Origin: Novakomyces olei
Taxonomy: Eukaryota
Direction: 5' to 3'
NCBI GenBank assembly: GCA_016906335.1
Contig: JADEYG010000007.1
Span: forward strand, 1,984,001-2,048,000
DNA length: 64,000 bases
Each line of letters opens with the position of its first letter. Position 1 is the first letter of the stretch. Under the pieces are notes generated by a model. That model ran no database searches. It saw only the letters and a list, made by a program, of their open reading frames with translations, and had not been told where the DNA came from. Of the stretch, positions 35,556-47,367 are shown piece after piece. A program made the position numbers and the translations under genes.

Positions 35556-37778
35556 ATGCGCCTTTTCCCTATCGCCTCGGTGATAGCTACGGTGGCGCAG
35601 ATAGAAATCGTGCAAGAGACAGATGCGCCAGAAGCCGTCTTCATTCATGGCTTTGAGCCACCGTTGGGCCTCGGCAATAAGATCGCTGTTCGCGATACCG
35701 AAGCTTTCATTGCGGCTTTCCGTACGTCGAGTTACTCACCAGAAGCTTGCGCATACCTGTGCACACTGGCAGCCGACTGCGAATATTTCCAAGTTTGGCA
35801 GAAAAACGATATTAATCACTGCTCCATTTTCAATCGCACTATAGACAACGATTTGCTTGTTGCCGAACAGAACGTCTCGCATTCGTTCGCTTACATTGTC
35901 TCTCTCAGGGACAGTTGGAGAGAAACTGCTGCCCTACTTATACGCCATCCTGGGCGTGCTTACGTGATTTATCGGAATGGCCAATACTTGACGGATGAAA
36001 GTTCATATGTTTCGTACACTGTAGGGCTTGATGCACCTGCCACTGCACTACCGCCCTCTGTGGCATGCCCAGCTTGTGTCCTTGGCTCAAATACGGCGGT
36101 CGCAAATCAAGCTTCTGCTATTGCGAACGGACAAGCTCTTCCTACTGCGACCAGCGGGCCGAACAGTAGAACGAACAGTGAGTCGAACAGTGAGTCGAGC
36201 AGCGATTCGAACAACGGGTGGAACAGCGGGCCGAACAGTAGAACGAACAGTGAGTCGAGTAGCGGGTCGAGCAACGGATGGAACAGTGGAACGAACAGTA
36301 GAACGAACAGTGAGTCGAGAAGCGGGTCGAGCAGCGATTCGAGCAACGGATGGAACAGTGGAACGAACAGTAGAACGAACAATGAGTCGAGCAGCGGGTC
36401 GAGCAATGAATCAAGTAGATCAAGCAATTCAGATGGATCAAATAGCTCCGGTGAATCAAGGAGCCCTAATAATCAAATCAGTGTATCGTCATCGACCACC
36501 CCTTCTGCAACGTCCTCTCTTGCTAACCCAACCTCGGCTTATGCTGATTCAACGTCAGGATTTTCGTCCATGGCAGACTTGGTGGCTGCATCAACTGGAG
36601 GCAACGATGGCCAAGACAACTCTACGGTTTCAAGGCCAACTGCTTCAGCAACGAGGTCAAACTCTTTTCTATTTGGAGGGGCAAGTTGGAGTCTTTCAAG
36701 CTTGATTCAAGCAAGCAGGGGAAGCTCGCAATCGCCTGTCCCGACTACGTCATCCTCTTCTGTCATAGCGAACGCTAATGGCGCGAGTCTGTCGACAAGC
36801 TCAGGTGTGGAAACAAGTAACTCTGAGGCAAGAGGTTCCACCTCTGACACTAACACCGCATTGACCCCCACCAGCACTACCCCTACATCAACCCCCACCA
36901 GCACTACCCCCACATCAGCCCCCACCAGCACTACCCCCACATCAACCCGCACACCCAATCTTGGAACAGCGCGCAAATCTCTGCCGGGCCCTTCCAAGAA
37001 ACGTGGCCTAGCATGGTCGTTTCTCTACTCAAATTCTGATTGGTCGCTGTTCTCCGAAGCAGCAGGTGCCGGTAAGATCACGTGGGTATACAACTGGGAG
37101 CTCTGGGACTCACGACCACGCCCTAGAAATTCGGTCCCAAACATTGACAAGTTGGACTTCGTTTTGACTGTCGCGAGTGGCGCAAGGGCCGACTTAATGC
37201 TGGACAGTATAATGAAATATAGAAGAGGATGGGGCCTATCATCCAGATCTATTATGGGCTTCAATCAGCCCGACGACGACACAAAGGACAATATCACAGC
37301 CACGGAGGCGGCCCTTCTATGGAACAATTATATGGACCTGGCGCGCGAGGAGAGCAGCATCCGATGCGGAGCTCCGGCGGTTACAAACTCCGGGTGGCCG
37401 GGCAAGCAATGGTTCGCAAATTGGATCAGTGAATGTGAACAGAATTACGGCGGCTGCGCATATGACTTTATCCCGCTTCACTGGTACGGGACTAACATTG
37501 CCGATTTCCGAGAATGGGTCCGGTACTGGCAGAAGACGTACAGCCGACCCGTGTGGGTTACAGAATTTGCTTATACAAACTGGGATCCTTTAAATCAGCC
37601 GTTATTGGAAGATGTGGAACAGTTTATGACGGAGGCTCTGACCTTCCTCGACGGCAATAAGGGAGTTGAACGGTACGCTTGGTTTAGTCCTTTTTACGAG
37701 GATAGTCTAGTCGGTGCCAATAACCGTCTTTTCTGGAATGGGGAGCTCACAGATCTCGGACGGATGTACATCGGGTAG
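35556..37778 (+). CDS. Secreted GH128 (Asl1-like) beta-1,3-glucan-binding or hydrolase protein with Cys-containing N-domain and Ser/Thr linker
   Basis: Signal-like N-terminus; KRGLAW, WVYNW, GFNQPD, GAPAVT, DFIPLHWY, PVWVTEFA and VERYAWF motifs. Confidence 0.88.
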   Translation: MRLFPIASVIATVAQIEIVQETDAPEAVFIHGFEPPLGLGNKIAVRDTEAFIAAFRTSSYSPEACAYLCTLAADCEYFQVWQKNDINHCSIFNRTIDNDLLVAEQNVSHSFAYIVSLRDSWRETAALLIRHPGRAYVIYRNGQYLTDESSYVSYTVGLDAPATALPPSVACPACVLGSNTAVANQASAIANGQALPTATSGPNSRTNSESNSESSSDSNNGWNSGPNSRTNSESSSGSSNGWNSGTNSRTNSESRSGSSSDSSNGWNSGTNSRTNNESSSGSSNESSRSSNSDGSNSSGESRSPNNQISVSSSTTPSATSSLANPTSAYADSTSGFSSMADLVAASTGGNDGQDNSTVSRPTASATRSNSFLFGGASWSLSSLIQASRGSSQSPVPTTSSSSVIANANGASLSTSSGVETSNSEARGSTSDTNTALTPTSTTPTSTPTSTTPTSAPTSTTPTSTRTPNLGTARKSLPGPSKKRGLAWSFLYSNSDWSLFSEAAGAGKITWVYNWELWDSRPRPRNSVPNIDKLDFVLTVASGARADLMLDSIMKYRRGWGLSSRSIMGFNQPDDDTKDNITATEAALLWNNYMDLAREESSIRCGAPAVTNSGWPGKQWFANWISECEQNYGGCAYDFIPLHWYGTNIADFREWVRYWQKTYSRPVWVTEFAYTNWDPLNQPLLEDVEQFMTEALTFLDGNKGVERYAWFSPFYEDSLVGANNRLFWNGELTDLGRMYIG
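36153..36410 (+). repeat. Coding tandem repeats (about 60-72 bp; NSRTNSES..SNGWNSG) in the GH128 linker
   Basis: GAACAGTAGAACGAACA recurs four times with variable spacers. Confidence 0.9.
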
Positions 37779-38327
37779 GAAGGAAGAATAAAAGGTGGAA
37801 TTGATTTAATTTAAAAAACTGAAAAAAAGAGAAGGAAGAAAAAGACCAAGAAAAAAAAATAGAGAAAACTGTAAATGTATTTTGTACGTTTTCTCGCAAT
37901 GACGATTCAATAGACACGAATACTCATTGTGCCGTTTGATACATTGGTTGGGTTAATGACACGAGTCTTTGGGTACTCGAGCAGTCATTATGGGATTTTT
38001 ATTTGAAAAACTTTACTTGGAAAACCGGGATACCCAGCGCAGTTTATATAAAATAAAATATATTGATACTTTTAAACCCTTTCCTCACACATAAACCAGT
38101 AGATTTTTGTCTAAACAAAAGCGATCTGTGATCAAGACTGTTTGGCTCTACGAAATTGTAATACCACACACGATTAAACGTGTGTGTATAATTTATACAT
38201 TTTTGTTTATAAAACAAACCGCTACTTGCATCTAATCCGTATACTTTATGTATAACGATAATAAATCATTATTTGTGTGCATGGCGGCTATACGTACATT
38301 CCCGTGCGTGCAAACCCGCTGCTCCGG

Positions 38328-41300
38328 CTAGACAGACTTTGAGGCATAAATTCTCGGGGCGATATTCATCGCCATCAGCTCTTGGAACAGCAATTTCGCA
38401 GCGTACGGCAGCATTGTCTGGCTGAACCGGGTCCGATTCTGACACGCTCGGCACTCGTACGAGTTCTTCTTGTAGCTGGCGATAGCAATAAGCCCACAGA
38501 TATCGCATACAATAACCCTGTAAGCATCTGAGCAGTCGAGTAATCGCTCCCGCAGAACGGCACTGCACCCGTGCGAGATTTGGCAGTCCCTCTCCATCTC
38601 TCCGAACCGCAGCCCTCCATCACGAGACCGGCCCTCGACCGGCTGGCGTGTCAGTATTTGCACGGGGCCCCGTGCCCGTGCATGGATCTTATCATCGACC
38701 AAATGTTTCAGCCGCTGGTAGTACGTCGGCCCTAAAAACACTTGAGCCATAAGCTTACGGCCTGTATGGCCATTGTACATGACTTCAAAGCCGCGCGACT
38801 GGTACCCGTGGTGCCGCAGCAGCTGAGAGACTGCCTCGACCGTTACCTCAGTGAAGGGAGTAGCATCTCCCTCGTACCCACTGAGGGCCGATACTTTGCT
38901 CAACTGGCACTCTATCAGATGCGCTACCGTCATTCGCGATGGGATAGCGTGAGGGTTTATAATAAGATCGGGTACTGTGCCCTCCGCAGTGAAAGGCATA
39001 TCCTCGTGGCGATAGGTAATACCAATCGTTCCCTTTTGGCCGTGCCGTGAGGCAAATTTGTCACCAATCTGAGGCACTCGTGTACTGCGCACCCGCACTT
39101 TTACAAACTTTAGTCCCTCCTGGTTCGTTGTTACCATTACTTGGTCAACTATCCCGTTCTCTGTAGCCCGGAGTGGGATGGATACATCCCGCTTTGTGTG
39201 CAGACTCGTCCTTTGGCCCAACTCCTCCGCATCGGGAGCAATCGGAGCAGTTTTGCCTATAATAATATCCTCACCCGAGACACGAGTGCCGGGGGCAATC
39301 AGCCCATCGCCGTCGAGCTTGTCATACGTCCCGTGCTTCATGCGCAGAGTGCTCTGCCGCAGAGGCCGCTCAAACTCCTCCATAACCGTCATTCCAATCT
39401 TTTTTTCCTGGTCCATGTAGGAACGGTAAAACATGCTGCGGAAGAGGCCACGGTCGATACTGCTCTGGTTCATAATCATAGAGTCCTCCTGATTGTATCC
39501 AGAGTAACACAAGATTGCCACAATCGCATTCTGCCCGGCCGGCAGTTCTCGGAACCTGAGGTACTCCATCGACCGCGTTGTCGCCAGCGGCTTTTGTGGG
39601 TAGTACAGGATGTTTGCCATCGTATCCATTCGCGTCTGGTAGTTTGTCAGGAAAATTCCCATTGCCTGCTTGCCCATTGCCGACTGGTAGGTGTTGCGTG
39701 GCGACTGGTTGTGGTCGGGGAAGGGGATAATACTCGCACAAATGCCCAGAATCATGGATGGGTGAATCTCACAGTGCGTCCATATATGGGCGTTAGGGTT
39801 AACGATGGGCTTTATACGCTTGTCCAGCTGATCAAAGTCTTCCTGCACTTCCATTCCGGCCCTTATCTGCCGAGCCGTCTCCAGATCTTCTGGCGTCATT
39901 GCAATCATTACCGTCTCCTCCTCCTCTGCGTCCAAATACTCTACTAACCCTGACGCTACCAGCGAGTTCCAGCTGAACCTTTCTCCCCCGTCCACAGCGT
40001 CCACGTCCTTGTCGTCCAGTAGGCGCTGAACATGCTCCTTGCGGATCATCAGCTGTCCCCTCGACGCACTGTCCGTGTCCGTGTCCACTATAAAAAGCGG
40101 CCGGCAGATTCGGCCGGCATCAGTCAGCAGCCGCAGCTCCTTCTCCCTAATGTCCCTGACCACACTGACCTCTGCACTTATATCAAGCCGACGACGAAGG
40201 CTCCTCAGCGTCTGCACCAAGTGATCAGGGTTGCGGTGCACTCCGAGCCACACGCCATTTACAAAGATTTTAGTAGTGTTGGGAGTGGCACTGGGGTTGT
40301 AGTCCTCCAACCCCTCCATACCCCATTCCTCCAGAAACTCTACTATCGGAGCACTCGGGCTGCCTACCGAGATGTAGCTCATTAGCGCCAGGTTCTTAAC
40401 GAGCCCACACGCTTGGCCTTCCGGTGTCTCGGCCGGGCAAACAAGGCCCCAGTGCGTATTGTGCAGCTGCCGCGGTTTGGCAATTTTGCCATCTCGACCA
40501 ATCGGAGTGTTTGTACGCCGCAAATGCGAAAGAGTAGAGGCAAAGGTGTACCTGTTTAGCACTTGCGAAACACCGACTCTGGCCTGCATTGCTCTACGCT
40601 GATCGCCCCAGTTTCCGGTCGCTAAACTGTACTTCAATCCGTTCGTTATCGTGTTTGATTTTACAGCCAAACTAAGGTTAAACTCCCGGTTGGTCTCCAC
40701 ACACTTTTGCATGTACTTGTATACATCTTTTGTCAATTTTCTAAAGAGCATTCGGAAGAGCGATGCCAGTAAAGGACCCGCCAAATCAAGTCGCTTTTTT
40801 CCAAAATGATCTCGATCATCGGGATCCCTTCGCTCAAGCGCACAGAGCAGCATTCGATGAACCATGTAACCAAGGAAAAAGGCTTTCCGTGTTTCATAAC
40901 CCTCTGATGTTGTTATATGAGGCAGCAGCTCTTTTTGTAGGATATCATTGGCATAGCGTAACCGTTTCTCCCTCACGATACCCGTTGTACTTCCACGTTT
41001 GCCTATAAAGTCAAGAGCAACTGATTTCTCTTGGATAACAAAGGCTTCCTCGATACACGGCTTCAACATATCCAGCATCTGCATATCCGAAGAATCGTAG
41101 CAAATATGCTCTAAAATGTCCCGGTCAGGAACGACGCCGAGCGCCCGGAACACGATAACGATAGGAATATCGTTACGAATATAGGGCAAAGTTGCCCTTA
41201 TAGACCCCGTTCCAAAACCCGTATCAGCACTGCGATTAAATAATTTTATTTGTAAAGAAGAGATCAGTTTAGATCCCTTTTCCATAGCAGATCGGATCTC

Positions 41301-42081
41301 TGCGACGTAAGAGACGGGTGAAGGTGCCATCTTTCTAAACACCTGTACCGTATTTGCCGCAGATCTTTCTTGTGCAATAATAACCTTCTCCGATCCATTT
41401 ATCACGAAATAGCCACCTTGATCATAGGGGCACTCGTTGAGCTCGGTTAACTCGGCTTCTGATAGTCCGTTGAGTGTGCAAAAGGTACTCTTCAACATAA
41501 TCGGTATCTTGCCGATAAAAACTTTACTCGGCTCACCGTCCTCCTCTTCCACCTGCCAGTCCTCCTCACCAACATCGGCATTAGGGCTAACATTGCGTAG
41601 TACCTTCTTTTTCATGTCCACATAAAGCGGACTGGAATAAGTCAAATTACGTAGTCGCGCTTCCTGTGGAAACATATGAGACGTGCTTCCATCCGCTTCT
41701 GTCATGGTCGGCCGCGAAAGATAAATTTGACCAAAATTTATCTCATACCGCCTCGTATAGTCATTGTCAGAATCCGTATGCTGAGCTGGTTGGTCCAAAG
41801 TAAGCGTCGGATCCTCGTCTACCAGCTCTTGCATAGAATTTTGCACGAAATCATCAAACGAGTCCAGCTGACCACGCACGAGGGACTGTAGAGTGTTAGG
41901 ATCGATAAAGATGAGTTGGAAAAGAGCGGAAAAGAATAGGAAAAAACGACAAGACTAGGGCGGGTGGCCTTACCATCTCATCGAAAAACGAAGTGATCAC
42001 GGTCCAGCAGTCTTCCTGTGTGATTTCTTCACCAAACTCAGCGCCATCGCCCATATACTGGTCGACTGCCGTGTCTGCCAT
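38328..42081 (-). CDS. RPB2: RNA polymerase II second-largest subunit
   Basis: [31 protein letters not shown] and other conserved blocks; exon 1 42081-41974 ([14 protein letters not shown]), intron to 41887. Confidence 0.99.
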
Positions 42082-42570
42082 GACTGCGTCGTCTGCGCGC
42101 AACGCGCGAAACGTGCTTTTAGGGCGAAGAAACGGCTTTTTGGCTCAAGAGTTTGTGTAAGACCACGGCACACACAGTAAACGCCTTGTTTTTTCTTGAT
42201 CCTTTTCCAGCGCAAGTTTGATCTCTACTTGAATTATACTATACGCAGTTGATAGCTTGATTATATTTCAAGTAACTCAAGTAATATTCGTATTAATGAT
42301 ACGACGCTTCGTACCAAGTGCAGGTCGGGTAAAACCATACTAAATTATAGTATTCTATTTGCGAGCACACATACTATCTATGTATATGGATAATGTTAGG
42401 ACTAGAACACTTTGAACGTTGGACAAATGGAATAATATTTGCGAGCAGTATCATACACAATACACTGTACAAAGCAATAATGTTATTCCAAGTATGATTT
42501 GCTATAAAATTCTATAGTAGACGCGTACCGCTAGCAACGTTGCCCCTCGTGCTCGCACCTTAATGCCAAT

Positions 42571-43199
42571 TCAACCAAACCTAAACTCGTCAGCCTAAAA
42601 TTATATTGTATGAGCCTACTTGAAAAGTTGAATAGCCGTGCTGCCGACGTAAAAGTATATGAAATGCCGGGATTCTAGAACTGTTAGACTTCACTACCTC
42701 AACGCCAGGACAATTTACCGTGCGACACAAAACTGCCAAACTGCTTGCCCACAATACAGTGCCAAGTGGGACCGTACGTTTTGTCAAACTGTGCAAAAGT
42801 TAGCTGGCTGAGAAGTGGATTAATGCACGAGTATTAGTACCTCTTTTTTGATGTACGCGGCCACATCCTATAACATTAGTGTTATGTCAAACAAACGATG
42901 AAATTCTACCTTCTCCAATGAGAATTTTTCCATTGCTACGACGCCTTTTATAGTCAATAAAATTGTAGTACTCTTCTCCCCAAAAGATACCAATTTCTAC
43001 CGCCTCGTTTTGCATATCTGGTCCCTGTGCGCGAACGGTTAGAGTCCAAACAAAGCAATACTAAGCATGCTTTATCCGTACCATATCTGCCGATTTTATG
43101 ACCGCTAGCTCGATGTTAGTAAACGCGATACATAATACCGCTTTTCCTACCTTTGGGGCCGCCATCGCCTTGAGGATTGCCGAAATCCTGCTGAAACAT
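42571..43199 (-). CDS. DYN2: Dynein light chain LC8, 8 coding exons, about 100 aa
   Basis: Exons 43199-43151, 43104-43082, 43024-42991, 42944-42910, 42867-42841, 42788-42719, 42674-42620 and 42580-42571 give ...[85 protein letters not shown]. Confidence 0.95.
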
Positions 43200-43651
43200 G
43201 GCGCGCACCCGTAGCCGATTCGCGTTGTATTTACAGTGAGGTAATGCTCATTTATTTTGTTATTTTAATATCAGCTATATTCTTATGAGCACGTACGTAT
43301 ACCGATAGGCCTCAACGCACATTAAATAATGCAATGAGAAATTAATGTAAGAGAGTAGAGGGTACTTCGCACATTGCCTTCTATTATCTATTCCATAAAC
43401 AATACTACTCTGTTCCGTTTGCAGGCACATCACATAATACAATCATCACACGCGGCGTACTCAACCTAATAACATTAAGGTATTATGTTATACGCACTTT
43501 AGCAGGCAACTTTATGTGTGGTAAAGTCGAACAAGTAATACTGTCAATCTTATAATTGCACATGTAACATGACGTTAAAACGGCCGCGAGAGCTTACGTT
43601 TAGTACTTGCTAGATTCGTCGCTCACTTGAAAACTGCAGTTTGTCTTCACT

Positions 43652-44462
43652 ATGATATCAGCACTTGTGCTCGTGGCAGACGGTTCCGAAGAAATTGAAT
43701 TTGTTACGGTAGTGCCATGCAATTATCAGTGGACACTTGGACCACTAATCTTTACAGCCCTATGACGTCTTTGTCCGTGCTGGATTCAAAGTTACTTCAG
43801 CCGGCGTAGGAATCGCTTCGGGAGAGGTATGAATTGCGGTCAAAGCACAAGTTTCCGCATTATTCCTTTTATTTTCATGCTCGCATACTACAAAGTTCAA
43901 TTTACGGTGTTTCTCTTCTGACTTTAGAACTATGTTACACTTTCACGTGGAGTCAAAGTTATTCCAGACACAACGCTGTCCGCAGTATCTAAATCTGCCT
44001 TGAATAATTATGACGTGGTGGTTTTACCGGGCGGCGCTGTGGGAGCGGAAACTTTTTGCACTGATAAGGAGGCTCAGAGAGTCGTGAGCGAGTTTTATAA
44101 TGATCCTACAAAGTGGGTGGGGACTATTTGTGCAGCGTCGACTGCAATTGCCGCTGCGCATCTTCACTCGGGGTCTCCGATAACGGGGCATCCTTCTGTT
44201 ATGGACAAGCTCAAGTCTTCTGGCTTGGACACTCGTGACGACAGAGTTGTTACATCAAACAAGCTGGTTTCCTCTAGGGGGTAATTATTTTTTATTTGTT
44301 ATCATTTATTTATTTATTTGTTTTTGTAAATTTTTATTGCAATCATCTAACTCCAGACCCGGAACAAGCTTGCTGTTCGCCTTGACTTTGGTCGAAAAGC
44401 TGGCTGGTAAAGAATTAAGCGATAAAATAGGCCAGCCTATGGTTCTGCCAAAAGAGCTGTAA
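43652..44462 (+). CDS. DJ-1/PfpI family protein (DJ-1/YajL type)
   Basis: ALVLVADGSEEIEFV, YDVFVRAG, SRGVKVIPD, VVLPGG, TICAA (nucleophilic Cys) and SRGPGT; three introns. Confidence 0.92.
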
Positions 44463-44780
44463 ATTTATTGATTTGGCAGTATCCTAGTGCAAAAGGTTGG
44501 TCTGTTTTGGGTATTTATCGCGCGGCGCAAAGATTCAGGAATAATAAAATAAAAATAAAAATGGTTATAATAAAATAAATCTCATCTATTTTACGAAGCA
44601 AGTACAAATGGATTGATGATTCTATGCTTTAAAGTACGCAATATTTGAATTACTATAGTTGCGGATGCGTTATTGTGTGAAACGCTGCCGCTGGTATCTC
44701 CATGACGTTCGTTTAGCGAAATTTTGTCCCGCAGTTTCCGCCCCGCAATACATAATATAGAACAGCTATATAAATATGAT

Positions 44781-44870
44781 ACGGATGATGATTGAATAAA
44801 GAGTCGATGTTCCCACAACATCTTTCCGAATCCCTTTTTTGATGATTTCATGCCTGTGAAATCTGAGGAT
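44781..44870 (+). ncRNA. Candidate box C/D snoRNA
   Basis: Box C ATGATGA 44785-44791, D'-like CCGA 44826-44829, C' TGATGA 44840-44845 and D CTGA 44863-44866. No target identified. Confidence 0.35.
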
Positions 44871-45267
44871 AGAATAATATTAAAGGTATTATAATTGAGT
44901 TTAAATGAAGTTTTAGAAAAACGGACACTTGGCACTCGTATGATTGACGATTAAAGAATGAATGAATAGATAAATAAATAAATAAAATAGAATAAAACAC
45001 CCTCCCGAATAGCTCTTGAATAATACATGCAAGCCTTTGACACTGAACATACCTTCGTGCGTATAGTCAACCAGTCTGAAATAGATTTATAAATAGAATA
45101 GCAATATAGAAAGATAGAACAGTAGCCATCCCAATAAAGAGTTATCTCTTGAAAAAGAAATCAAAATACTGGGTGATGACTAATTACTGATCAATCAAGT
45201 AATTAAAAAAAGCGCCTTAAAAATTCGTTATGAAGTTGCTCATCAGATTCACTTATCCCCTTTAAAT

Positions 45268-47367
45268 TCACTTGAAGTATCCCATTGGCGGCGGTGGCGA
45301 TACTTTAGGAAGTGTCTGAGGAGGATAAGCATTCACAGCCATTGTGGGTAATTGCTGAACGCCGATAGGGAATTGTGGATCCGACCCTGAAGGACGAACC
45401 ACCGGCTGGGCTTTCAATGATGGCGACTTTATCAAAGGTGAAGCCGCCGACGGAGGTGAAGCAACTGCATGAGGAGGAATTGCTGATATATTCACCTCAA
45501 AATTCCCATTCGTAGATCGACTCTCTTCGCTTTTATTGCCTCCTCCACAGCGGAACGTGTGAACGAGAACAGCTGCTACCTGAGAGGCATTCGCATTGTT
45601 TGGCTGACGATTACCCGGCGAGAATCGAACTGCCTGTACAATACGCATCCCATTGAGAATCTTATTTTGCTCTGAAGCAGTAGCCTCTGCACTTTGTGGA
45701 GCAAAATCGAGTCCCAATTTTCTAACGCCTTCGAGAAAAGCTGCCCAAAAGGTAGCCGCAAATGGAAGTTGGAGTGCAAATACTCGTCGGCCATTGCCCG
45801 TCAAAGAAGGTGAAGAATCGACACGTTCTTGTGGTCTTGGAATTTGCTGATTTAAGACTTGAATAGCTTCATCGAAAGCCTCGATAGCAGTCACGCAAGA
45901 CCAGGTGGACTCTCCGCTAAGAATGCCACTTGCATTTGGATGAGCACAAGTGAAGTCAAGAGAAAGTTCGGTTTTGAAAAGCGAATGTCCAGTGATTATA
46001 TCAGTCTGTGGAATTTGCAGGCAGACATCGTTACGGAAGACTGGGACTTTGCCCAAGAACCTCTCTGGGATCCCACAGAGTCGAAGATCAACTAGCTCTC
46101 TGCACGCAATACGAGAGGGAATAAGGGACACGGGGATCTTGTTTGCTGCGTAGTGTGCATAAACGTGGCGAACGATTTCATGCTCAGAGCCTTGTACAAA
46201 GTGCCGGTCCACTGCCTGCATATAAAACTGCGAAAGACTCACTGAAAAACATGCATCATCAACACTAAAACTGACCTGGTCGAGAGGACGGTAAGACAAG
46301 ACATTGTTGGTATCAATATTCATATCGTTCATGTTGTTGATAATGTTATTATTAACATTATTGTTCGTATCGTTGTTGATATTATAGTTGACTTGATTGA
46401 CGTTGAAATTGGGGGCTTGCATGTTGAGGCTATTATTATGATTATTCATCATAATATGTGTCTTGTTCAAATGACCAGAGGTGGGAGGAGTAAAAGCCGT
46501 AGGTAGAGCAACCTTCCCTGCGCTATTTCTGGGAGTAATGAATTTTGAATGAGCAGCTGCAGGTGAACGAGCCTTGTTGGCCTCTGCCAAGTTACGTACG
46601 TGAGGCGCAATTAGAGGAACATGAGGACGTAAATCAACAGAAGAAGCAGGCTGATCATTAAGCAGAGCCTGCAACTCGAGATCGTTGCGCTTTACGTGTT
46701 TCAGTACTTGAATATGAGACGAAACCTGTTTGCGACTACGTAATTTTCCCGTTTTTTCCAGAATATATTGAGAAATTAATTCGTTCCTTCCAATGGGCTT
46801 ACTGTGGCCACTGGCGTCAGAGACCATCAGTTTGCGACGGCCTAGTCGGGGCACTTTTTCTAATGCTTCCCTGAAGGCATCCTCAACATCAGTCGGCCAA
46901 ACTGGAGCTTCCGGCGCCTCAACAATAGGTACAATTTTTGTCGGCGAGGACTGATCATGAGAGCCCAGGTTTTCCATAGAGATTGTCTGCATCATTGCCG
47001 AAGGAGCAGAGACAGTACGCGTTGGCGTTGGGTGCTGAGGGTATGTAAAAGTCTTGCTAGGAGTATGAGCAGATGGGCTTTGAGCTATATTGTTCATATT
47101 CAAAGACTGCTGCTGCTGCTGCTGCTGTTGCTGTTGCTGCTTGAATCTTTTGCGGAACAGCGCAGTAGAAGGATGCTCGGGTGTAATGAAACCGTCTCCG
47201 TCACGATGTGCTGAAGTTACTTGGCACATTGTAGGCTGGCCGGGCACGTTAGATATATCACGAAAGACACGTTTGTTGCAGACTGAAGAAGGTGGAGTCA
47301 TGTCGATCGCACTGGGAAGAAGTGCGGAACCAGCGGTAGCTGGTCGTGATTTGCAAGGCGTTTCCAT
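45268..47367 (-). CDS. TEA/ATTS-domain transcription factor (AbaA/Tec1 family)
   Basis: VWPTDVEDAF.EAL..VPRLGRRK...GRNELISQYI..KTGK.RSRKQVSSHIQVLK; polyQ and Asn-rich tracts. Confidence 0.92.
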   Translation of the reverse strand: METPCKSRPATAGSALLPSAIDMTPPSSVCNKRVFRDISNVPGQPTMCQVTSAHRDGDGFITPEHPSTALFRKRFKQQQQQQQQQQQSLNMNNIAQSPSAHTPSKTFTYPQHPTPTRTVSAPSAMMQTISMENLGSHDQSSPTKIVPIVEAPEAPVWPTDVEDAFREALEKVPRLGRRKLMVSDASGHSKPIGRNELISQYILEKTGKLRSRKQVSSHIQVLKHVKRNDLELQALLNDQPASSVDLRPHVPLIAPHVRNLAEANKARSPAAAHSKFITPRNSAGKVALPTAFTPPTSGHLNKTHIMMNNHNNSLNMQAPNFNVNQVNYNINNDTNNNVNNNIINNMNDMNIDTNNVLSYRPLDQVSFSVDDACFSVSLSQFYMQAVDRHFVQGSEHEIVRHVYAHYAANKIPVSLIPSRIACRELVDLRLCGIPERFLGKVPVFRNDVCLQIPQTDIITGHSLFKTELSLDFTCAHPNASGILSGESTWSCVTAIEAFDEAIQVLNQQIPRPQERVDSSPSLTGNGRRVFALQLPFAATFWAAFLEGVRKLGLDFAPQSAEATASEQNKILNGMRIVQAVRFSPGNRQPNNANASQVAAVLVHTFRCGGGNKSEESRSTNGNFEVNISAIPPHAVASPPSAASPLIKSPSLKAQPVVRPSGSDPQFPIGVQQLPTMAVNAYPPQTLPKVSPPPPMGYFK

